Below, piece by piece: positions 18,986 to 26,636 of a stretch of 64,000 nucleotides of DNA. Below the pieces are notes generated by a model, which ran no database searches, was not told the DNA's origin, and worked only from the letters and a program-made list of their open reading frames with translations. Position 1 is the stretch's first letter. The number at the start of each line of letters is the position of its first letter. The stretch is from Gemmatimonadales bacterium (lineage in GTDB: Bacteria > Gemmatimonadota > Gemmatimonadetes > Gemmatimonadales > GWC2-71-9). Position numbers and translations under genes: made by a program. Where the stretch lies: the NCBI GenBank assembly GCA_039794085.1, contig JBDIWC010000005.1:60793-124792 (forward strand), written 5' to 3'.

Positions 18986-21505
18986 CTACACCGCCCGCGC
19001 GAAATGCCCCCGGGTGTAGCCGGAGGCCAGGGTCCGGCCCGGTCCCGCGCCGATCCCGTCTCCCGCCACCAAACGGTTCATCGCCTCGCGATACCACGCC
19101 GTCACCGTCTCGACCGGATCTCCCGGCACGTTGAACAGCAGCCGGTAACTCCGGACGCCGACCCGCCAGAGGGCCGGGAGGAACTCGGCGCCATCCACCG
19201 GCCGGGAGTGCAGCAGCCGGTTGCGGCAGGCCGAATCGGTGGCCACCGGAAAGGCGTACCCGGCCGGATCGGTCAGCTCCACGTGAGGGTGCTTCTGCAC
19301 GCAGAGGTCGCGGCAGGTGGCCGGCACCCGGTCGAAGGCCGCGCTCAGGACGCAATGCTCCAGGGTCATTCCCTCGGGACGGCCATGGACCACCACCTCG
19401 AAGCCGCGACCCTGCCACGGCGCCACGACGTCGGCGATCTCCTCCGTGGTGAGCTCCACCGACACCACGATGCGCCTTGCACCAAGGCCGAACACCAGGT
19501 CCGCCGTGTGGGCGTTGAACACGTTGGCCGCGTAGTCCGCCACCACATCCTGGCCCTGGCTTCCGAGTTCCGCAACGAGGCCGAGATGCCCGCTGGTGAC
19601 GGGAAGCCCCAAGGCGAGCCACTTGTCCACCACGCGCCGCTCGGCCGGACGGATGATGGTGGGCGTCCGAAGCCGGAGCGACACCCCGCGGTTGGCGAGT
19701 TCACCTGCCAGCGCCCGGACATGGCTCACCGGGGGCGTCGGATGGCGGAGGAAGAGGTCGAGCGAGATCTCATCCGCACCGTGAGCCGCGGCCGTTCGGG
19801 CATCCTCGAGGCGCCAGGTCTCCACCACGAGCCGGCCCCGCTCCGGGTGGGTGTCGATGACGGCACGGGGCGACGAGAGGACCACAACCTGCCCGACGCG
19901 AGCGGCGCGTTCGGTGAGATGGTCGTGCAGAGCGGCGTCCCGCGCTGGCAGCAACCGCGACACCGCCTCCTGGCGCAGGTCGTTGAGAACGCTGACGGGA
20001 AGGAAGAGGCCGTCAGGGAGACGGGTCCGGTCGAGGGACCGCAGGACCCATGGGGTGCCGCCGAGCCGGCCGAGCTGCTCACCGAGCTGGGTGTCGTCGA
20101 GGGAACGTTGCCGGGCGGGGGCCAGGGGGATGCCACTCGACACGGTCACCGCGCCGGAGGACGTGCGGAAGGTTACGGTGAGGGGTGACCCGTCGGCGCC
20201 CTCCACGGTCAGATCCATCGGGGCTCGCGGCTCCGCGGGGTTGGCCAGGGTCTCCCAGCTCGCGCGCGCCGTGGTGAGCAGGGTGGCCTGGGCCGACCGG
20301 ACCACGATCCATCCCCGCGGGACCGGGTCGGCGCCGGGAGGGAGCATCACCGACTGCACGATCCCGTCTCCCTCCCGCCGAAGGGTCCGGACCTGGCGCA
20401 CCGCGAATCCGGAGTTGCCCGCCGCCGCGCCATCGGGGTGCTCGAAGCCGAGCCCGTCGCCCACGGCGATGGCATCGCTCACTCGGACCTCCAGCGAGGA
20501 GGCATCGCTCCGTGTCACAATCCCAAGCACCGCGCCCCGGTTGTCGGGCTGGGTGCGGGTCACGTAGTCGCGTCCCTGCCGTCCCCCGTACATCCCGCCA
20601 GTGAATCCCCGGGAAAAGATCTGTACCAGGGGCTGCACCTCGGCGGGTGCAGGCGGGGTGCGGATCCCTTGGCCCAGTCGATCGAGGAAGGTGCGCCAGG
20701 TGCTGGTGACGGTGGCCACATATTCGGGTTTCTTCTTCCGGCCCTCGATCTTGAGACAACCGACCCCGGCGTCGGCGATGGCGGCCAGATGGTCGTGGGC
20801 CGCGAGGTCCCGCGCCGAGATGAGGTATCCCCGGTCGAGTTCCTCGCCGGTGGTGCCGTCGGCCAGGAGGTAGTCCTTCCGGCACGACTGGGCGCACGAG
20901 CCGCGATTGGCGCTCCGGTCCGAGATCATCCCCGACATGTAGCACTGCCCGGAGTAGGCGATGCAGAGGGCGCCATGGATGAAGCTCTCGAGCCCCAGGT
21001 CCGGCACGGCGGCGCGAATCGCGGCGATGTCCTCCACGGTGTTTTCCCGCGCCAGCACCACCCGGTCGACGCCCAGGTCCCGCACCAGGCGCGCGCCGGC
21101 GGGATCGTGCACCGTCATCTGGGTGGAGCCGTGGAGTTCGAGGGTGGGGTAGAGGGAGCGGATCAGGCGGACGGCGCCCAGGTCCTGGACGATGGCGGCG
21201 TCGATCCCGCAGTCGATGCAGGCGCCCAGGTGGACGAGTGCCTCCTCCAGTTCCCGCTGCTTGAGGAGGATGTTGAAGGTGAGGTAGATCCGGGCGCCGC
21301 CCGCATGGGCGATCCGGCACGCAGTCGCGAGGTCCTCCAGGGTGAGTTGGGCGCCGTCGTCCCGGGCGTTGAACCGCTCGGCGCCGAGGTACACGGCGTC
21401 GGCTCCGTTGGCCACGGCGGCGCGGACGGCGTCGAGAGAGCCGGCCGGGGCCAGAAGCTCGGGGATCCGCGGGGCGGTCGGGGCAGGGGAAGGGGAACGG
21501 GACAT
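18986..21505 (-). CDS. Peptidase U32 family protein, RlhA-like 23S rRNA hydroxylation enzyme
   Basis: PELLAPAG, GADAVYLG, HGSTQ, HGALCIAYSGQC...NRGSCAQSCR, LKIEGR; long C-terminal extension. Confidence 0.88.
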   Translation of the reverse strand: MSRSPSPAPTAPRIPELLAPAGSLDAVRAAVANGADAVYLGAERFNARDDGAQLTLEDLATACRIAHAGGARIYLTFNILLKQRELEEALVHLGACIDCGIDAAIVQDLGAVRLIRSLYPTLELHGSTQMTVHDPAGARLVRDLGVDRVVLARENTVEDIAAIRAAVPDLGLESFIHGALCIAYSGQCYMSGMISDRSANRGSCAQSCRKDYLLADGTTGEELDRGYLISARDLAAHDHLAAIADAGVGCLKIEGRKKKPEYVATVTSTWRTFLDRLGQGIRTPPAPAEVQPLVQIFSRGFTGGMYGGRQGRDYVTRTQPDNRGAVLGIVTRSDASSLEVRVSDAIAVGDGLGFEHPDGAAAGNSGFAVRQVRTLRREGDGIVQSVMLPPGADPVPRGWIVVRSAQATLLTTARASWETLANPAEPRAPMDLTVEGADGSPLTVTFRTSSGAVTVSSGIPLAPARQRSLDDTQLGEQLGRLGGTPWVLRSLDRTRLPDGLFLPVSVLNDLRQEAVSRLLPARDAALHDHLTERAARVGQVVVLSSPRAVIDTHPERGRLVVETWRLEDARTAAAHGADEISLDLFLRHPTPPVSHVRALAGELANRGVSLRLRTPTIIRPAERRVVDKWLALGLPVTSGHLGLVAELGSQGQDVVADYAANVFNAHTADLVFGLGARRIVVSVELTTEEIADVVAPWQGRGFEVVVHGRPEGMTLEHCVLSAAFDRVPATCRDLCVQKHPHVELTDPAGYAFPVATDSACRNRLLHSRPVDGAEFLPALWRVGVRSYRLLFNVPGDPVETVTAWYREAMNRLVAGDGIGAGPGRTLASGYTRGHFARAV

Positions 21506-21526
21506 GGGAGGAATATGCCTGGTTCC

Positions 21527-21708
21527 AGGACATAGGACGTAGGACGTAGGACATAGGCCCTCTACCCCCCAACCCCCACCCCCCAATCCCCGGGGTGTTG
21601 GGTTTTGGGTGTTGGGTATTGGGAACTGCGGGGAGGGGCCCAGTTCCCAGTACCCGATACCCAGGACCCGGGGTGTTGGTGCCGGGTGTTGGGTATCGGG
21701 TGTTGGGG
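21527..21708. repeat. Mosaic of 7-bp tandem repeats between divergent genes
   Basis: (AGGACRT)x4, CCCCAAC-like and GGGTGTT-like heptamers in both orientations. Confidence 0.85.
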
Positions 21709-21723
21709 CGCTTTATTCCCGGA

Positions 21724-22482
21724 ATGTTTCCCTACCGGGACGACAACCCGACCTTCCTGACGCCGGTCGTCACCGTCGGCCTCGTGGCGGCCAACCTGCT
21801 GGTCTGGTTCCTGGTGCAGGGAGCCGGACAGCAGGCGGCCATCGCGGGCTCGATCTGCGAACTTGGGCTCATCCCCGCCGAGCTCCTGGGCCAGGTTCCC
21901 GCCGGCACCCGGATCCCGCTCGGCGGCGGGGCGAGCTGTGTGCTCGGCTCGGCGCCGGTCTGGTACACCCCCATCTCCTCGATGTTCCTGCATGGCGGGT
22001 GGCTCCACGTGATCGGCAACATGTGGTTCCTCTGGCTCTTCGGCAACAACGTCGAGGACGCGATGGGCCACCTTCGCTTCCTGGTGTTCTACCTGCTGAC
22101 GGGGCTCATCGGGGCGGGAGGCCAGGTGATGGTGCATCCCGCCAGCACCATTCCTATGGTGGGGGCGAGCGGAGCGATCAGCGGCATCATGGGGGCGTAC
22201 ATCCTCTTGTATCCCAAGGTGCGCGTCCACGTCCTCTTCTTTCTCGGATTCTTTGTATTCACTCGCGCCCTCCCCGCCTGGCTCATGCTGGGGTTCTGGT
22301 TCCTGATCCAGGTGCTCGGCGGATTGCCTTCCCTCGGCGGGATTGGGGGCGACGGTGGCGGGGTGGCCTTCTGGGCCCACGCGGGTGGATTTGCCGCAGG
22401 AGCCCTCCTGGTCCATATCTTCAAGAATCCGGCGCTGCTGGCACGGCGCGCCCGGGTGTCCCCGGTCCGGAGTTGGCGGTAG
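21724..22482 (+). CDS. Rhomboid intramembrane serine protease
   Basis: SMFLHGGWLHVIGNM, GASGAISG (catalytic Ser), AHAGGF (catalytic His). Confidence 0.93.
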   Translation: MFPYRDDNPTFLTPVVTVGLVAANLLVWFLVQGAGQQAAIAGSICELGLIPAELLGQVPAGTRIPLGGGASCVLGSAPVWYTPISSMFLHGGWLHVIGNMWFLWLFGNNVEDAMGHLRFLVFYLLTGLIGAGGQVMVHPASTIPMVGASGAISGIMGAYILLYPKVRVHVLFFLGFFVFTRALPAWLMLGFWFLIQVLGGLPSLGGIGGDGGGVAFWAHAGGFAAGALLVHIFKNPALLARRARVSPVRSWR

Positions 22483-22970
22483 AAGCGTCGGAACTATGCC
22501 TTCCCGGGTGGCCGCTCGTCTACTGAGCTGGCGCCGGAATTATCGACTCGTCAGGCTGTATTCCCTTGTCATGCCGCCCATTGCTGCACCCGACTGGTCA
22601 AGAGTTTGGCTCATCTGGGTTTCGTGTGGGTGAGGGTGGGTGAGGGGAACTTCAACCCGCCATTTCCCGGGGCTCTTCGGTCTTCTTGGGGTTGGATTTC
22701 GGAGTGAGTCGAGGGGCTCCGGTGGCCAGGCGGGCGGGGGAATGGCCACAAGAGTCACAAAAGGCACAAGAAACACAAGAAACATGAGATCCCGCGAAGG
22801 GTGGCTCGCGCCAGACGCTGACTCGACTCGGGACCAGTCTGGGCAGAATCGACCGAGGGGTGCCGATAATGCCGCCGCCGCTCTCCCGTCTCCCGGTCCC
22901 GTTGATGTCGGGAGGCGGAAAAGACCCACTGCCAAGGCCCCTCGGCAGCGACCTCCCGCCTCGAACGCGG

Positions 22971-23111
22971 CCCGATCCAACAGAGGGGGACAAAGGGGCT
23001 TTATCCCACACGAACCCGTTTGATAAGATCGAGGTCCTGAGCCTCGGCGGCCTGGGCGTGATACAGGTCCCAGCGGAGCTGAAGATTCACCAGAAGTCAC
23101 CTGTCGTGCCG
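22971..23111 (-). pseudogene. Diverged duplicate of the higA 3' end plus downstream flank
   Basis: Aligns by eye with 24745-24886, with substitutions and a 1-bp deletion (TTCACCAG vs TTCATCCAG). Confidence 0.85.
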
Positions 23112-23143
23112 GTGAAGCTCCGCTTCGAGGGCTTCCCGCCCTG

Positions 23144-23479
23144 TCATGCCTTGATGTGTTCCTCGACCACCCGGCGCAGATCCGGCAGCTGCCTCCGAAC
23201 GACATCCCAAACGATATCGTAGTCGACGCCGAAGTAGTCGTGGATCAGGCGATCCCGCATCCCAGCCACCCGACGCCAGTCGATCCTGGACTCGCTTGCC
23301 CGGAACTCGGCGGGGAGTTTCTTCGCCGCCTCCCCGATCACCTCGAGACTGCGGACAAACGCCCGTTGGAGGGTTTCATCTCCCAGGAAGTCCTCTCGAC
23401 TCAGTCCGTCGGACCGCTCGAGGATGAAGTCCACTTCGGCGCGGATGTGGAGGAGGTAGTCACGCGGCTCGAAGGACAT
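23144..23479 (-). CDS. HEPN (DUF86/HepT-like) ribonuclease toxin
   Basis: RSLEVIGEA, RDRLIHDY (Rx4HxY HEPN motif). Confidence 0.92.
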   Translation of the reverse strand: MSFEPRDYLLHIRAEVDFILERSDGLSREDFLGDETLQRAFVRSLEVIGEAAKKLPAEFRASESRIDWRRVAGMRDRLIHDYFGVDYDIVWDVVRRQLPDLRRVVEEHIKA

Positions 23480-23777
23480 CCTGGGCCTCGGCCAGGATCC
23501 TTGGCCCGATGAAAGGGGAGAGGGACTCGGTGGTCACCAACTCGACACGCCGTCCAAGGACCTCTTCCAGCAGCTCACAGAGAGTGAAGAAGCGATCGAA
23601 CGTCTTGGCGCCGTCGGAGAAGGATACGAGCAGGTCGACGTCACTCTCAGGGCCCGCTGTCCCCCTCAACACGGAGCCGAAGAGCGCCAGGCGCGCCACC
23701 CCCAGGGTCCGTATTTCGTCCGCTGCCTCGGCGATGCGGGTTCTCGCTTGATCGAGTGTCAGCACAGGGGAGTTCAT
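23460..23777 (-). CDS. Minimal nucleotidyltransferase (MNT) antitoxin
   Basis: LFGSVLRG...SDVDLLV (GS-x10-DxD); overlaps the HEPN gene. Confidence 0.92.
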   Translation of the reverse strand: MNSPVLTLDQARTRIAEAADEIRTLGVARLALFGSVLRGTAGPESDVDLLVSFSDGAKTFDRFFTLCELLEEVLGRRVELVTTESLSPFIGPRILAEAQDVLRAA

Positions 23778-24045
23778 GAACGGAATGTACCCACCCTGCC
23801 GCCGGAGCGGCAACGCCCCATTGGGATGGTGAGGGAAGGCCCAGCCTGGGACTGTCCTCGGTCGCAGGTTCGGAGGCATGAGGTCCTACAAATCAACTGT
23901 GGATGGGCCGCGCGGTGGCGCGACCGATGGGATGCCGCGTCTAGTAGGTGGCCCTCATGAAGCCGATACGGATTCAACGCCAAGGAGGGCGGTCGCGGGC
24001 GTCACTTCACGCCGAGCGTTGACCCGCGCTCGTTCGAAGCCTCCG

Positions 24046-24450
24046 TTACTTCCCCTGCCGCAACCTCTCCCACGCGGTGCGCGGGGAGAGAATGGGAACC
24101 CTGGACTGGTCGGCCACGGCCAGAAGATCGTGATCCCCAGTGATCAACATCTCCGCGGCGCCTGCTTCTGCCGAGGCCAACACCCAACCATCGTCCGGAT
24201 CACGAATGTCGATTTCACTCGGGGCCGCCGGCAGCGGCACGACGATCTGATCACGCAACTGGCCCTCCACGAGCTCGACCTGCGCCTCGGACGCCTGGAA
24301 CCTGCTGCTCAGGATCCGGCGCAACTCCTGGAGGTTGACCTCACCCGTCATGACCTCATGGCTGGCCACGAGGTAGCGAAAGAGATCCTCGCAGAGTCCG
24401 CGGGCGGTAAAGGCACTGACCAGCACGTTCGTGTCCAGAAAAACCCTCAC
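24046..24450 (-). CDS. PIN-family putative toxin
   Basis: RVFLDTNVLVSA, RDPDD, LITGDHDLL. Confidence 0.9.
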   Translation of the reverse strand: MRVFLDTNVLVSAFTARGLCEDLFRYLVASHEVMTGEVNLQELRRILSSRFQASEAQVELVEGQLRDQIVVPLPAAPSEIDIRDPDDGWVLASAEAGAAEMLITGDHDLLAVADQSRVPILSPRTAWERLRQGK

Positions 24451-24668
24451 GAAACGATCCGAAAAACATCCTCGTCGGTGAGGATTCCCTGGGCTTCAGC
24501 CAACGGCAGCAACTGGCTGCGCGCCTCCTCAAACCGGAGCAACGCGACTTGTCGGCGCACCGCGTCGCGAACCAAATCGCTGCGGCTCCGGCCGAGTCGA
24601 CGACTCAAGCGGTCAAGGTCCCGCTGCAGCTTCGCATCGAGGCGAATGGTCACAGTGGAAGTTTTCAT
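24447..24668 (-). CDS. CopG/RHH antitoxin
   Basis: TVTIRLD...RSRSDLVRDAVRR; 4-bp overlap with the PIN gene. Confidence 0.88.
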   Translation of the reverse strand: MKTSTVTIRLDAKLQRDLDRLSRRLGRSRSDLVRDAVRRQVALLRFEEARSQLLPLAEAQGILTDEDVFRIVS

Positions 24669-24774
24669 GTAAGACAATGTAGCACATTTCGAAAGGGTCG
24701 GCAAGAGAAGGAGAGGTGGGGCTCATGGCCTCCCGCCAACACGCCCCGATCCACCAGAGGGGGACGGAGAGGTG

Positions 24775-25080
24775 TTATCCCACACGAACCCGTTTGATGC
24801 GATCGAGATCCTGAGCCTCGGCGGCCTGGGCGTGATACAGATCCCAGCGGAGCTGAAGATTCATCCAGAGGTCAGCGGTCGTGCCGAAGAACTTGGCCAG
24901 GCGCAAAGCGGTCGCGGGCGTCACCCCACGGCGAGCGTTGACCAACTCGTTGACGCGCTGATAGGGAACCCGGATGCCGTCGGCCAGCTCACGCTGGGAA
25001 AGTCCCATCGGATTCAGGAACTCCTCGAGAAGCATCTCGCCTGGATGCGTGGGGACGCCGTGCGTAGGAATGCGGACCAT
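24775..25080 (-). CDS. higA: HigA antitoxin (HTH)
   Basis: HPGEMLLEEFL, ALRLAKFFGTTADLWMNLQ. Confidence 0.95.
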   Translation of the reverse strand: MVRIPTHGVPTHPGEMLLEEFLNPMGLSQRELADGIRVPYQRVNELVNARRGVTPATALRLAKFFGTTADLWMNLQLRWDLYHAQAAEAQDLDRIKRVRVG

Positions 25081-25095
25081 GTTGCCTCCATCACC

Positions 25096-25392
25096 TCACT
25101 CGTGGTAGTCGACGATCTCCACTTCGCTCGGGCCAAGTTCCGTCCAGACGAAGCAGATACGATACTGGTCGTTCACACGAATGCTGTACTGCCCTCGGCG
25201 GCCGCCTTTCAGCGATTCCAACCGGTTGGCCGGGGGCACCCGAAGGTCGACCAGGGCTCCGGCAGAATCGAGTAGTTCCAGCTTCCGGCGGGCGACCGCC
25301 CACAGACTCGTGGGACAGACCCGTCGCCCCCGCTTGGTATCCCGGGCATTGAAAACGTCTTCCGTGCCGGGATCGCGAAAGGTACGGATCAT
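25096..25392 (-). CDS. higB: HigB toxin (RelE family)
   Basis: NRLESLKG, QYSIRVNDQYRICF, VEIVDYH. Confidence 0.95.
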   Translation of the reverse strand: MIRTFRDPGTEDVFNARDTKRGRRVCPTSLWAVARRKLELLDSAGALVDLRVPPANRLESLKGGRRGQYSIRVNDQYRICFVWTELGPSEVEIVDYHE

Positions 25393-25398
25393 GATACC

Positions 25399-25427
25399 AT
25401 GATAGCACGGCTGTCATGCTATGACAA
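25399..25427 (-). promoter_or_regulatory. higBA sigma70 promoter overlapping a palindromic operator
   Basis: TTGTCA-N17-TATCAT-N6-ATG; inverted repeat TGTCAT-GCT-ATGACA at 25412-25426. Confidence 0.75.
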
Positions 25428-25570
25428 TCCCAACGCCGTGGTACGGGCCGTGCCAGTCCCCGGTTGAGCCAACCCGGAAGCGCCCGGGGCTAGTATCTTT
25501 CCCTCCAGCATGGGGTTCCGGGCTCCAGGCCTCCCGCCTCGGCCAACCCCCATTCACCGGAGGACTCCAG

Positions 25571-26614
25571 ATGGCCACCACAACCCGTTCTCATCCCTAT
25601 CGCACGCCGAGGGGCGTTCGGTCCGGTGAATCGGCCGATGCCGCGGTCGGCCCGGTCGACGCCGAGTGGGAACGAAACCCCGGCATGCCCCTCGATCTGA
25701 GCTGGGTGCGGGATGTCCGGGTCAACCGGAGCGCCGTGGAACGCCGCGCCGAGAGCCACTGCCGCCGCCGGTCGATCAAGGGGATATGGCAAACGGCCTG
25801 GTACCTCCGCGCCATCGGCCTCATCGACCTCACCACCCTCTCCGGCGACGACACCCCCGGTCGGGTGCGCCGGATCTGTGCCAAGGCCCGGCGCCCGGTG
25901 CGGCAGGACGTGCTCGAGGCCCTCGGCGTGGGGGAGATGCCGGTGAAGGTTGCCGCGGTGTGCGTCTACCACCGGTTCGTGGAGGACGCGGTGCGCGCCC
26001 TCGAAGGGAGCGGCATTCCGGTCGCCGCCGTCAGCACCGGGTTCCCCGCGGGACTTTCCCCCCTGGAGACACGCCTCGCCGAGATCAGGGCCTCGGTGGC
26101 GGCGGGGGCGGAGGAGATCGACATCGTCATCACCCGCGCCCATGTCCTCACCGGCAACTGGGAGGCGCTGCACGACGAGGTGCGGGCCTTCCGCGACGCC
26201 TGCGGGCCCGCCCACCTCAAGACGATTCTCGGCACCGGGGATCTCGGTACCTATCGCGACGTGGCCCGCGCCAGTTTGGTCTGCATGATGGCCGGCGCCG
26301 ACTTCATCAAGACCTCCACCGGCAAGGAGCCGGTCAACGCCACGCTGCCGGTGGGCCTGGTGATGGCCCGGATGATCCGCCGCTATCAGGAGAGGACCGG
26401 TCACGCGGTCGGGCTCAAGCCGGCGGGGGGGATCCGCCGAGCCAAGGAGACGCTCGACTGGATGTCCCTCATGAAGGACGAACTGGGAACGCCCTGGCTC
26501 CAGCCCGAACTCTTCCGGTTCGGCGCCAGCAGCCTCCTCACCGACCTGGAACGCCAGCTCGAGTTTGCCGCCACCGGCCGCTACTCCGCCGATTTCCGTC
26601 ACCCGCTGGCCTGA
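25571..26614 (+). CDS. deoC: Deoxyribose-phosphate aldolase
   Basis: IDLTTLSGDDT, AAVCVY, GADFIKTSTGK, KPAGGIR, FRFGASSLL. Confidence 0.95.
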   Translation: MATTTRSHPYRTPRGVRSGESADAAVGPVDAEWERNPGMPLDLSWVRDVRVNRSAVERRAESHCRRRSIKGIWQTAWYLRAIGLIDLTTLSGDDTPGRVRRICAKARRPVRQDVLEALGVGEMPVKVAAVCVYHRFVEDAVRALEGSGIPVAAVSTGFPAGLSPLETRLAEIRASVAAGAEEIDIVITRAHVLTGNWEALHDEVRAFRDACGPAHLKTILGTGDLGTYRDVARASLVCMMAGADFIKTSTGKEPVNATLPVGLVMARMIRRYQERTGHAVGLKPAGGIRRAKETLDWMSLMKDELGTPWLQPELFRFGASSLLTDLERQLEFAATGRYSADFRHPLA

Positions 26615-26636
26615 GGCCGCGAAAGGTATCGCCACC

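Noticed and set aside
22483..22970. Coding region or ncRNA between rhomboid and the higA remnant
   Set aside because: ORFs are repeat-derived or low-complexity; no recognisable RNA family.
22900..25400. Integron cassette array of TA genes
   Set aside because: No complementary RYYYAAC/GTTRRRY attC pairs after the stops that I could verify, and no integrase.
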